Source: Takakia lepidozioides
Taxonomy: Eukaryota > Plantae > Bryophyta
Direction: 5' to 3'
DNA length: 64,000 nt
NCBI GenBank assembly: GCA_030704615.1
Contig: CM060734.1
Location: forward strand, 32,426,001 to 32,490,000
Below are positions 1 to 13,000 of the stretch, one piece after another. The translations under genes were made by a program, and so were the position numbers. The notes beneath the pieces were generated by a model. It was not told the DNA's origin and ran no database searches. It saw only the letters and a program-made list of their open reading frames with translations. Positions within the stretch are counted from its first letter, which is position 1. Every line of letters starts with the position of its first letter.

Positions 1-186
1 GTGTAAATGTGAAGAAAACGCTGCTCATGCAATTGAAATTGGCAGGTGCCGCACATGTGCATTGTGTATTAACAAAATTGGTGATATACAAACTTGGCGG
101 AATGCCATCATTGTGTTTTCCAACAATATTCAAGGTACAACAAAAATACATATTGTATATGTACTATGCTGCCAGTCATTCAAAGC

Positions 187-2490
187 CTAGTCGTCACTGT
201 CTGATGATGTGGAATTTGATGCTGTGGCCTGATTTGCACTGCCAATTGCCAGAGCTTGCAACCGTGATCTCGTGGTCAATAAGGGGCCCAATGGCATGTG
301 ATCAATTCTGGCCTGCATCCGCCTACTTCGCGGCGAAAGTTTACTTTCTTCTTCACTCTCACGACGTAGCGGAGGTGGATCGAGAACAAGTGCTCGAGCT
401 GCATGCAAATCGGCAACGAGGCCGTCCACATCCGGCAATACAGCCCCCGAAACACGATGATAACGGTCTGTCCATAATCGCATCTATTTCTCTACAACTG
501 CCTTGATGGTACTTTTGAAACTTTCCATCTGCCTCTCGCGGGTCCTGTCCCTAATCATTGTGTCGTTTCGACGATAAGCCGCCTCGTACGCATCATTCAT
601 TCGGCGTTGACATATTATAGCATCTTCCAGTTCGGACAACAACAAATGTCTCCCAATCGGTTGTCGGTCATACAATTCGTTCTCCTCCGGCACCCATGGA
701 AGCTGTGGGAGCCGGATAAACCTGGACCTTCTTTGACTCCAATGCCCTCCCAGATTGCGGCAAAACTGCTCTCTCTCCCACCAATCTCGAATACCTTTCG
801 CACGTATGGTTATCTCCCAATCAGATGTGACCCAGAAATACTGGGGATCTTTGATGTATGTCGGGTTTCCGGCATGTATGCCATGCATCTCTCTGTCTGC
901 ATCCCATACCAAGTTCTTGCCCCAATGCACACAATTCAGAAATGTGTATGGTAGCCCATCCAATGGGAGGTTGTGTCGATTGTATTCAAAACCTATGGGC
1001 ATCCGATCCTCCAAGCCCACCAGCTCATAGAAACGGCGATGGATTGGTGTACGACATTCTGGGCAAGCGCTCGTCCGCAAGGCTTGCGGGATAAGACATG
1101 TGAGGTGGAACATATGTCAACATGATCCAAGCACATGACATCCCTTTGGGCCGTATGGATTCCTACACATCGAACAAATTGTGCCATCTGATATCCATGA
1201 CGGCAAAACGCCTCATAGTATCTCCTCCCTCTGGGCCGGTTTGATGTGGCTGGTCATCTTTCTTGTGGTGTCCCACTCTTCTTCTATCTCCAATTCCCAA
1301 TTTATGCTTCTGTTCGACCCCGAAATTCTGTGCTCACATCGATCGAACATAGAATCCACATCTGCCCAATTGGTATACCCGACGAACACGCTTGATGCGA
1401 TGCGAAGATCGTTATATCTTTGCATGTTGGCATAAATGCTATCCACGCTACGGTTCGACATGCGTGCAACACGTTGCAAGCCTGACAGTGCCCGCTCTAC
1501 CCGTGCTTATCTGGAGGCCAAATGGGTCGCCAATTGTACCTAATTCTCCCAATCGCCATTCAATGGGACTTATGCCTGAATCTCTAGCGTTTTGGACAAG
1601 CGCCATGCAGTTGCCATGGCAATGTCCCGCTCCTTTGTAACGCGGTCGACATCTAATATCAGGTTTATCTCCGATTGAATGACGAGCATTCCCCGGTTTC
1701 CAGTACTGGTTCTTTTCTTTTCCTCCTTCTCTCACCCGTAATTCGTTGTTCCTCAACCATGGTTTCATCGGCCACAGGGTCAAGGACGTCCTTAACTTCA
1801 TGAATGATAAGATCAATACTGCGATCGGGCATCACAAACTCCGCGTCTATGTCAACGACGTTTGTTCGATCTTCATTGTGGACAACAGTGGCATGTCTTG
1901 CAATGTAGCTTCCAACTCGGCTATGCGCAGTGTTTGTCAGTCTAGTCGGTCCTGCAGGGTCCTGATTCGCTGGTCTGTTTCCGCCAGTTGTTCCTCTAAC
2001 GTTGCAGCCGGTTGTATTCCGAACGTATCCGGGATGTACTCCAAATCGTATAGCAACCTTGCGTTCCTCCTACTAGCAGTTTGCCAATTCACTGGACGTA
2101 AGACTATGATCTCTACGTACAACATGGCTGCCAAGGTGTACGGGATTTGACCCTTTAAGAGAGGTTGACCCCACAATGTGCAATGCACATCATTCGCCCT
2201 ATGCTGGAAATGATCGTTCATGCAAGACTTGGACTCTGCGTAATTGTTTCGGGTTTGCACGTCATGCCTATTCAAAGGCCACAATCGATTGATGTGGTAC
2301 CATTTCACGATTTTTTTGCATCTCGCCATCGGCCACCGGAACATCCGCCCAGCCCTCTTCTGCTAGTATATTAGGGTCACCAAATACTTCCCAATTCAAG
2401 TCTTGCCTTGACCCTTTGATTTTCTTAGGGCGGTCCATGTTCATTGGGGTCATCTCTTCCATGACGGTCGTCGTCCTGGCCCTCTGCCAT
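187..2490 (-). pseudogene. Decayed gene for a large RING-H2 finger protein (probable transposon cargo)
   Basis: ORFs 1213-1479, 484-1113 and 187-483 are one frame broken by single stop codons. Reading through gives CSMC-RNPYGPKGCHVLGS-C*H-MF-H-LT-C-LIPQALRTSA-CPEC, which is C-x2-C...C-x-H-x2-H-x2-C...C-x2-C (RING-H2) at about 1030-1180. Upstream frameshifted pieces contain a coiled-coil stretch and a basic RRRKRK motif. The 5' boundary is approximate. Confidence 0.7.
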
Positions 2491-2859
2491 TCTACAACAA
2501 TCGGAGCAACACTAAACGAGGTTTTCTAAAAAGACAAAACTGTAAACCCTTCTCCCGTTAAGTAGATTTGAGTAGGTGTCAAAATACTTCCTAAAAGCTA
2601 ATTTTGTAGAATAAAATGATCCGGGAAGCCAGAGGGGGGCCTATGGGAGCATTCTGCAATGACCTCATAGAAATCGTGGCAAAAAATACCCCCCACCCAA
2701 CCAATGGCCTCCTTCTCCACGTGACTACGTGTCGTGGAATAATGAAATGTCACGCATACAGAAGTTGTGTGGAGATGAAGTGAGGGGAGAATAAGCCTCC
2801 TTTGGCTTATATCCCCCCACGCCCTCATTTCTCGGGCCACGTGCAGGGCGAATCTTCTA

Positions 2860-3562
2860 GAAGCGACCGCCAACTTGGCGGTCGCTCGATTTTCCGGAAA
2901 ATAAAAAAATAAGCGAATGCCAGAACTGACGGTCGCTCCATTTTTCGGATAAATAAAAAAATTGCGATTGCCAGAACTGGCGATCGCTTCATTATCAGAA
3001 ACTTTAAAAAAATAAGCGACCGCCAACATAGGCAGTTGCTTCATTTAAAAAAAACTAAAACAAATAAGCGACCGCCAACATAGGCGGTCGCTTCATTTTC
3101 AAAAAGTTAAAAAAAATAAGCGACCGCCAGCATAGGCGGTCGCTTCATTTTCAAAACATTTAAAATATATAAGCGACCGCCAACATAGGCGGTCGCTTCA
3201 TTTTCAAAAAATTAAAAAAAAATAAGCGACCGCCAACATAGGCGGTCGCTTCATTTAAATTTTTTTTAAAAAAAAAGGGACATGCCAACATAGGTGGTCG
3301 CTTCATTTTTTAAAAATTGAAAAAAATAAGCGACCGCCAACATAGGCAGTCGCTTCATTTAAAAAAAATAAAAAATAAAGCGACCGCCAGCATAGGCGGT
3401 CGCTTCATTTTCAAAACATTTAAAATAAATAAGCAACCGCCAACATAGGCAATCGCTTCATTTTCAAATTTTTTTAAAAGAAAAACGACTGCTAGCATAG
3501 GCGGTCGCTTCATTTAAGAAAAATTAAAATAAATAAGCGACCGCCAACATAGGCGGTCGCTT

Positions 3563-3593
<31 letters not shown>

Positions 3594-4655
3594 CGACCGC
3601 CAGCATAGGCTGTCGCTTCATTTTCAAAGCATTTAAAATAAATAAGCGACCGCCAACATAGGCGGTCGCTTCATTAAAAAAAAAATTAAAATAAATAAGC
3701 GACCGCTAGCATAGGTGGTCGCTTCATTTTCAAAACATTTAAAATAAATAAGCGACCGCCAACATAGGCGGTCGCTTCATTTTCAAAAACTTTAAGAAAA
3801 ATAAGCGACCGCCAGCATAGGCGGTCGCTTCATTTTCAAAAACTTAAAAAAAAATCAGAGACCGCCAACATAGGCGGTTGCTTCTTTTTCCAAAAATTTA
3901 AAAAACATAAGCGACCGCCAACATTGGCGGTCGTTTCATTTTTTTAAAATCAAAATAAATAAGCGACTGCCAGCATAGGCGGTCGCTTCATTTTCAAAAC
4001 ATTAAAAAAAAAAAGCGACCGCCAACATAGGCGGTCGCTTCATTAAATAATAATAATAATAATAAAAGCGACCGCCAGCATAGGCGGTCGCTTCATTTTC
4101 AAAACATTTAAAATAAATAAGCGACTGCCAACATAGGCAGTCGCTTCATTTTCAAAAACTTTAAAAAAAATAAGCGACCGCCAACATAGGCGGTCGCTTC
4201 ATTAAAAAATAAAAAAATAAATAAGCGACCGCCAGCATAGGCGGTCGCTTCATTTTCAAAACATTTAAAACAAATAAGTGACCGCCAACATAGGCGGTTG
4301 CTTCATTAAAAAATAAAATAAAATAAATAAACGATCGCGAGCATAGGCGGTCGCTTCATTTTCAAAACATTTAAAATAAATAAGTGACCGCCAACATAGA
4401 CGGTCACTTCATTTCCAAAATAATTAAAATAAAAGTGACCGCCAGTAATGGCGGTCGCCCCATTTCCAAAAATAAAAAAATAAAAGCGACCGCCAGTAAT
4501 GGCGGTCGCTGCATTTATAAAAACAAAAAAAAACTTCAAGCGAAGTGAGGGGTGAATGTCCCGGAGCTTATATGCCCCCCTCCCCCCCGCCTCACTCTTC
4601 GCTCCATGCGCAGGTCACACTTAGTAGAAGCGACCGTCACATTGGCGGTCGCTCC
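2860..4655. repeat. Tandem array of about 33 palindromic units AAGCGACCGCC-(A/G)-CATA-type spacer-GGCGGTCGCTT separated by A-tracts, period about 52 bp
   Basis: Seen directly, e.g. aagcgaccgccaacataggcggtcgcttcattttcaaaa repeated from about 2861 to 4510, with one more unit at about 4628. Loop variants aacata/agcata tend to alternate. Confidence 0.95.
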
Positions 4656-4899
4656 ATTTAAATAAAAATGAATGCACAGTTGGAAGCATGGCACAATTGT
4701 TCTTCATTCCACAAGCAAATCACCGAACACAAACATGAGCAAGTGACGGTGCCTTTGGCCAACATTTTGGCTGATATACACATGGGCAACATCTTTTATT
4801 TTCCAACACATACAGAACAACAATACAAATACTCATAGTGACAATGATCACATTGGTATTACTTCAGTACAGAAATATAAACATGTCCACTAAAAAGTG

Positions 4900-7800
4900 C
4901 GGATGCATGTCTACAGCTATTTTGCTTCAATTCCTTCTACTGCTTCGACGGCGGGACGAAGAAGATCCTAATCCTAATGCTCCGATGGGTTGAAAATACG
5001 GATCACCCTCGACTTCACCACCGTTGCCATGATCAGTGCTGGAATCGTCCTCCCTATCCGACCTCATATGTCCAGGCCTTTGAATCTGCAAGCGACCTCG
5101 AACCACATTTAGTTCTCTCTGAGGTCAACTCCCGCTCCGGTCTGGTTACCATCCACGGTAACTGGTCTGTTTGTGGGCCGATCGCCTACAAAAAGTTGGA
5201 CTGTTCTCTGTCGTTTATGGACTTGAGACGCAATCGAAGATGGTCTCGAAGGAGGTACTGGAGGGGGGACTGCCCGAGATGGACCGACATTAGATGGTCC
5301 GACATGTGAGGAACCACGGGTCTGCTGCGCAACACATCGGTTAAGGTGGAATTGTAGTGGCAGGTTGTCATCATCCAAGGCTTCAACTTCCGCCCGGTCC
5401 AATGCAGCAGAATGATGCATGCGTGTGGAAAACAGATCAACCCTGTTGCTCCTTAATGCCCGCTGTGTTGATGGGGAGCTTGATCGATTTTGACATTGTG
5501 GTGGAGCTGGTCGTATCGGTGAGGCATGATCCCGTCCCGTTGACTGTACAATGGGTTCGACACCATCGTTTGTATGAACAGGGTTGCGTACGTCGATCGG
5601 TCCTGACAGTACATCACCCCTAAGCTCCATTGGGGCACTACCGGTGGCTTCAGCGTGTAGTGTGCGGCGATGGTCGACCCCAACTTCATTTTGAGGACCA
5701 TGTTCTTAGGATGACACAATTGCAGCTTCATCTTCATCTGCGATACGCACTTCTTCAAGAAGGTCATCAAAAGTCGGCTGGATATAAGCATCATCATCTG
5801 TGAATGTAAACGGGTCATACGCATTTTTGGGAGCATCATCGGATCCATTTTCACTATCGGAGGCAGATGATTATCTCTGAGGCTCAGTATCGTCACTCAT
5901 CAAATCAGCCTCAGAAGCAGAGTCTTCGGAATGCAAATTCCTCTCATACCATGCTGCAGCATCATCCGCTGCCATCTCACGTAACAGTCGGCAATTGATA
6001 TAGACATACACCAATTTGTCAGCCCTCGCGGGATTCAACCTGTTGCGAATCTTGTTGTGAACAAATGAATAACTGTTCCAATTGCGTTCGCAATATAAGG
6101 CAGAGTACACTTGAGTAAGAATACGCTTCGCAATGGGAGCCAATGTTCTTGCTCCAGCTCCAATCAGATCTCACCATTCATGTGGCAGCATATTGAGCTC
6201 TTTTGGATCCGACATGTCCTCAAAATGGTCGCGGCGATCTGAGAAGCATTGGTACTCGGATATAGCTCTCTTTGCATGGTTTGGCAAAGCAAGTTGCATG
6301 AGCACTCGCACGAGGCCGACCTTGGTATCAGCGTCGTCTCGGAGCATGGTATTGTCGAGCAAGAATGGATTGAGTAAAGCCAACGCATAATGCAAGTCCG
6401 TTCGAACCATCGAACGACGGTCGTAAAATGCATCCTCAGCATTGTCCGCAAGTTCAGGTGCCAAGGAGAAAGGAGGATGCCTCAAGGATTAGACGTGTTT
6501 ATCAAGATTTTGCATTAGTAACCATGCCTTGCCCATTACTGGTTGCTTTCCATCAAACTCCCGCAAGACGAGTAACATCGGCTCAACCATATAAACAAAG
6601 TTTTCACATTTCTTCCAGAAATCATCGCTGCGAATGCTATTTGGAACTTTTCGACTTTTGCCCAATGACTTGGCTTTTCTGGAGTCCCGCAATGTTTGTG
6701 TGTATGTATCCCATTGAGGATCGATGATGGTGTGCTCCAGACTGCTCTTTACCGTCACCAACCGATCTACCATCAAGAAGTTAGTGGCAAAACGAGTTTC
6801 GCCTGGATTGCGGAGGCTGTATTTGGGTTCGTGCCTCCTATATATTGCCAAAAGGATGTGGTGTGTGCGGATGAACAACACAACAGTCTTCGGTCGCTTG
6901 ACAAGTTGTTTCAACCACTGTTCTTTTTCCCCAATTTTCCAAAATGAGGTCAAAGATATGAGCAGCACAACCTTGATAGTACATATGAGGATAACGTGCC
7001 AACAATATGTCTGCAGTGTTTCTCATGTTAGCGGCATTGTCTGTGCATATTTGCACGATTCTATCACTTCCGACCTGTTCGATGAAGTCCGTCAATAGTT
7101 GGCATTGATAACGTCTATCTTTCTTCTCGCCGCTAGTGTCGACCGATCCCAAGAATTGTTCCCCAGCTGGACATACGAGCATGACATTGAACAACGGTCT
7201 GTTTGTGACAGAACTCCAACCATTGGCACATATAGTGTTTCCATATTTTCTGATACACTCACCCATCCTATCGTTGACCTTTTGGGTAAGCTCGGTCATG
7301 GCGTCTTCTAGCAATCATGTGCGGAGATTGTGATAAGTCAGAGGCACGTACGTGGATCTAGACTCCGAGGTTGCTCTAACAGCAGAAACAAATGCTGGAA
7401 GCCTTGCCACATTAAATGGTATGTTGGCATCGAAGAAAAACTGCGCTAATTTTTTATCCAACTGTCTTTTCGCAGACAAGTTAAGACCTACTTGCATGGA
7501 TTGCTGCCGTAATCCTCTACTCCGTTGAAGTGTAGGGGTACAAAGAGGTGTTGAAGGAGGTGTTGCTCCGGCACAACCCACTTGTCCAAGGACACCCGAA
7601 GCCTCACAAGAGTCGCCCTGGGTACGAATCGGGGCATCCTGACGGGAAGATGGAGTGTTCTGTTCATAGGTCATGTCCGGATCCAAAGACATTGGAATAT
7701 TGCCTCCACACTGGGCAAAGTGGCTTTTTACCCGCATAGATGCTTTGGGGTATAAACCCACCCCAGCGCTCTTCACACCTTTATAGCCGAGGTGAGCGAG

Positions 7801-7970
7801 CAACAGATCCTCACGATAAGAAAGCTTTAATCCACATAGGTTGCACTCAATACTACCAGTGACATTGACAGTGTTCGGGATTGCCGTATACCAAGGGCTC
7901 CATTCCTCCCTCATCTTCACCCAATATCCACTCCCCTGGGACCTAGCGATGCAAGCAAAACTGTCACCTA
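4900..7970 (-). mobile_element. hAT-superfamily transposase pseudogene (BED finger, DUF659-type core, hAT dimerisation domain, long low-complexity C-terminal tail)
   Basis: Fragments 7315-7920 (W...CNLC...LAHL BED-like finger; FFFDANIPFNVA), 6838-7314 (TICANGW with catalytic D>N; QICTDNAANM; GCAAHIFDL CxxH), 6489-6968 (GETRFATNF), 6171-6485 and 5871-6143 (CERNWNSY...KIRNRL). 5109-5630 is in frame with 5871-6143. Several stops and frameshifts. Confidence 0.92.
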
Positions 7971-8339
7971 TAAATGAACGTGTTGTGAATGTAGAGTGTA
8001 ATGCGATAGCCCAACACTTCTACACCTGTCAGCAACCCAAGTGGGTCGATGTGGGTTGTAGTGTTGAGCTTATACACAATCTGCTGAAGTGGCTTTGGTA
8101 GAAGCCACAACGGCAAAATGTGCGCACCCTCCTCTTGGGCTACACTCTTGTTCAATGGAAGAGAACATCAAAAGCAACCTCAAGTGTTTGCGCCAAAAGA
8201 AGTGAGGAGCTTGGTGACCCTCCTCCCTTATATATGATCCAAGAGGGATGAAAGTGAAATGAAAGTGAAATGAATAAATGATGAACCAATAGCGCCCACC
8301 CAAAAAAGGCTGTACAACCATATTTGTTGTAATTTTGAA

Positions 8340-9990
8340 ATTAAACGACCGTTAATACCACGGTCCATATTTTTATTTTTTATGAAAAACAAGTGACCGC
8401 CACTACTGCAGTCGCTTTTATTTCCTTTCATTTTGTGCAATATTGCGGTCACTTCTATTTTGTATATTTTTAAATTTAAGCGACCGCCAAGATAGCGGTC
8501 GCTATTTTTTTTTTTAAAATTCAAAAAATAAAGCGACCACCAGTACGACCGCCAATCTTGCTTTTATTAAAAATAAATTTGAAGCGACCGCCAATATGGC
8601 GGTCGCTATTTCTTTTTCTATTTCGAAAAATAAAGCGACCGCCACCAATCTTGCTTTAAAAGAAAACCAATTGAAGCGACCGCCAATACGGCGGTCGCTA
8701 TTTCTTTTTTAATTTCAAAAAACATAGCGACCGCCATAATTGGTGGTCGCGTTCATTTTGTTAATTTTCAAAAATGTATTTGCCACCGTGCGACCGCCAA
8801 TACGGCAGTTGCTTGTTTTCTTTTTTAAATTAGGCGACCGCCAATACGACCGCCAATCTTGTTTTTTTAAAACAATAAATTGAAGCGACCGCCAGCATAA
8901 CGATCACTATTTATTTTTTTAATTCGAAAAATAAGGCGACCGCCAGTGCGACCGCCAATCTTGCTTTTAAAAAAAAAACATTTGAAGCGACCGCCAATAT
9001 GGCGGTCGCTCCTTCTTTTTCTATTTCGAAAACTAAGGCGACCGCCAGTGCGACCGCCAATCTTGCTTTAAAAAAAATAAAAATTGAAGCGACCGCCAAT
9101 ACGGCGGTCGCTATTTATTTTTTAATTTCGAAAAATAAAGCGACCGCCATAATTGGCGGTCGCGTTCATTTTGTTAATTTTCAAAAATGTATTTGCCACT
9201 ATGTGACCGCCAACACGGCAGTCGCTTGTTTTCTTTTTTAAATTAGGCGACCGCCAATACGACCGCAATCTTGTTTTTTTTAAATAATAAATTGAAGCGA
9301 CCGCCAGCATAGCGGTCGCTATTTATTTTTTAAATTCGAAAAATAAGGTGACCACCAATCTTGCTTTTAAAAAAAAAACATTTGACGCGACCGCCAATAT
9401 AGCGGTCGCTATTTCTTTTCTATTTCGAAAAATAAGGTGACCGCCAGTGCGACCGCCAATCTTGCTTTAAAAAAGAAAAAATTGAAGTGATCGCCAATAC
9501 AGCGGTCGCTATTTATTTTTAATTTTGAAAAACAAAGCGACCGCCATAATTGGCGGTCGCGTTCATTTTGTTAATTTTCAAAAATATATTTGCCACCCTG
9601 CGACCGCCAATACGGCAGTCGCTTGTTTTCTTTTTTAAATTAGGCGACCGCCAATACGACCGCCAATCTTGTTTTTTTAAAATAATAAATTGAAGCGACC
9701 GCCAGCATAGCGGTCGATATTTGTTTTTTAAATTCGAAAAATAAGGCGACCGCCAATCTTGCTTTAAAAAAAAAAACATTTGAAGCGATCGCCAATATGG
9801 CGGTTGCTTTTTCTTTTTCTATTTCGAAAAATAAGGCGACTGCCAGTGCGACCGCCAATCTTGCTTTAAAAAAAATAAAAATTGAAGCGACCGCCAATAC
9901 GGCGGTCGCTATTTCTTTTTTAATTTCGAAAAACAAAGCGAATAGGCGGTCGTGTTCATTTTGTTAATTTTCAAAATGTATTTGCCACCG
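8340..9990. repeat. Second GCGACCGCC array (palindromic and direct half-sites) with a higher-order repeat of about 400 bp
   Basis: The unit gcgaccgccataattggcggtcgcgttcattttgttaattttcaaaa recurs at about 8726, 9138, 9535 and 9936, mixed with gcgaccgccagtgcgaccgccaatc direct half-sites. Confidence 0.93.
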
Positions 9991-10089
9991 CCACCTTGTC
10001 GGCGACGTGGCTGCTTAAGTGGCAGTATTTTACCTGGTATTATTTTTACCAGAATATTCTCCGAACCTGACGTGACCTGACGCTGATAA

Positions 10090-13000
10090 CCGGGGTCCAC
10101 ACATGTGTTCTCCGGGAAAATGTTTCATATCTGGGATGACAATCACCGCTTCATGGTCTGGATGAATGTCATAAACAAATATCAGAGCACAGAAGAGGAC
10201 TGGCATTACCTTGTGGCGTCCATGGTGCTGGATCCGAAAGGAAACGTCACCGCACTTCTCACGGCTATGCATGATATCAACAAGTAAGTACAATGCTCAC
10301 CCTTCATGCCATCAAAACTCTATAATTTGTTCTCTCTGTATTTTATTGTCTTGTGCAGGAGGAAGTCATAGAGTTTGTGTTGTGACTGCAGGGGAACCGA
10401 AAGTACACACGTGACGACGAATTTGGTTCATACTCTATTCAGGATACAGAAGGTGGGCCAGATGCCACTGGTCACCTTCAAAAACCTTATCAGTGTTGAG
10501 GCTTACAAGAAGTGCGAGACCTCTAAATCCACCGACACATGGTACAAGCTGACCAGGGAGGCTTTCTGTGACTACATGTATGCTGTAAGTATTCTTTCCC
10601 TAGCTCTGTCTACTTGCTCATTCAAAATACCAGTTGACTCATACGTTGTATACTGAAATGTTCAGCAAGAGATTGCGGAGGCTGGAGAGAAAATGAAAGC
10701 AGAGTACTATGCCAAAAAAGACCCAGGAGAGCGATCCTCAAAATGAGTGGAAGAATCTATGAACGCAGAGATGGAGGTGGCGAAGAGGCACTACATGAGC
10801 GCGTTCGTAAAACAACTCAGAATAGCCGACCCTGCTTTTGGCCCAGAGTTTTTGAATTAGGTCAGGATCCACTGGAATGTGAAGACCAAGCCCGAAATGA
10901 TGCAGGAGAAGCTTCATCGCCTGTCCACTGTCGTTGTGGAGCCAAAGGTGAAAGTCAAATGGCTTCAGATTTGGAACGCCGACTCGACAGTGAAAGATAA
11001 CCACTGCTTTCCGAAGAGTGAGAAGAATAAAGAAACATGAGTGATAAAGCAATTCAGTGACCATGTTCTCGATATGTGGCTGCACAAAGCCACGTACTGG
11101 GCCCAGGTTTATTCCTCTCGCCGTTCCATTTCCTTTGCAAAACTGCATTGCACCGCGAAAAGTCACTTACTATTCTTAAAAAGATGTTCTCTGAATTGTA
11201 AAACTGTTCTTGCGCATATAGAGGCTCGGACACAGCTGGTGCTGGAGAAGCAGCTCAAGGATTACAAGATAACTATGACTCCACCGACGGATACTCTAGA
11301 AGATTATGTCCGCCAGTGGAAAGCAGCTTGCTTCGGCACTTGCTTCTTCAGGGAGTTCGCTAAAGAGGGAGGCATCTCACGCACTAATGAGTTCGAGCAG
11401 TAGCATGGATCAGAACAGGCCATGAAGAGGGTATTGTACAGGTTCGTCTTGTCACTCTTTATCCACCTTTCTGTTCCTGTCTCCCGAAGATTCGCTGTCG
11501 TTGCAGCCCTGCTTTGTTCAATAAACAGTCCCCAAAACTGTGTGCGCTGATGCACTCAGTAAAAGGGTGGCAACTTATGTGTTTTCCCACCTTTCAGTCG
11601 ATATACAAACTGCTACCTCTAGTGAATCACACCTGCCCTGGCTTCTAGGTAGGGCCTGGGTGGACAGAGCGAAAATTGAGTGCGCTGGCGCACACAGTCA
11701 TGGGGTCCTCAAACCGTATTCTCACACTTTCCCCACTTACTAACATTCCCTCTGCTTTGATTGTGGAGGTACATCAAGAACGTTCTCATTCCAAGCAAGA
11801 ACCTCAGTCGACACCCGCACTTTATTGATCTATGGTGTGACCCATCCAATGCCTAGACAATGTACACTGCAGGAATTTTGAAGGATTATGGGAGCTCACA
11901 TCTTCGAGACTGCTGCTGGTATATGGACATCCCACGCTCTGGATGCCCTTGGTATGAGCTTGTGACCCGAAATCAAAACGAAAATACGGAGGCCTTGGCC
12001 CCTCTGACGGAGAAGGAGTTGCACGAGAGAAACTTGAGGATATTGGCTGAGAAAGAGCCTTTTGCACAGAATACGCCAGTGAAGCCTAAAAAGGACAAGG
12101 GGAAGGGGAAGGGAAAGGGGTAGAAAAACAAACAGAATGAGAAGGAGAAGGAGTCCGTGGATGGACAGGGTGGACCTGAGCAAGTGTAGACCCCACCCCC
12201 AGCCACAAAGCCTGATCGAAAGAAGAAGGGTCTAAAAGAGCCCTACGATGCAATGGAGCACCCATCCAGAATCATTTTACCAGGCATGTGCGAGCTGGTA
12301 AACGACGGGTTCCTGGCCATGATGGAGACACGGAAGTCAAGTTACAGTGGTGATCCTTCCAAAACGTGGGACAAGCTATGTGCTTTTCTCCAATCGGTAA
12401 GCAATTATCATGCATGTGTTTGAGTTTTGATTTCTTTGTTTTATTTATACTCGGATCGGACTTGTCGTTTATGAAACATCCTCCCCTTCTTACATGCTAT
12501 AGTGCTTGCAGGCATCGAGGGGGAATGAATCTAGGGGGAATGAATCTAGGGTGAATGGTGCACAAAAACCGTTTGCTGCGGAGATGGTCATTGTGGACAT
12601 TCCGGACGGGCATCCAGTCCCGGATATTCTACCCACTAACACCTTCCCAACCTGGAACAAATTCGACGAGAGGTATTGGAGTTGGGTGTTTTCTTTTTGC
12701 AAGTTTTTCCTTTCCGATGTAGGGGTTCTTGTTATCATACAATCCGTCACGATGAGATGTCGCCGGGAGCTGGCAAACTACTTGAAAGCCTCGGGGATGC
12801 GGATTATCAAGACCTGGAACTCTGTCAACAACTTGTATCTGACGAAGGGGGATTGCCCAGGGCAGAAGGTAGATTTCAAATACTTTTCTTTTTATGCCTT
12901 CTCTGTTGAAGTTCCACTGTACACCCTGTTATGTAGGCATGTTGTTCGCACTGCCTGAATTGAGTGCTTCAGCGCACTCAGTTATGGCGGTCCATGAACA

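Noticed and set aside
2860-4655. CRISPR array (palindromic repeats at regular spacing)
   Set aside because: The spacers are near-identical A-tracts rather than unique sequences, there are no cas genes, and the context is eukaryotic.
8228-10100. Small ORFs such as MAVASIFIFFKARLAVALAV
   Set aside because: They are translations of the repeat array.
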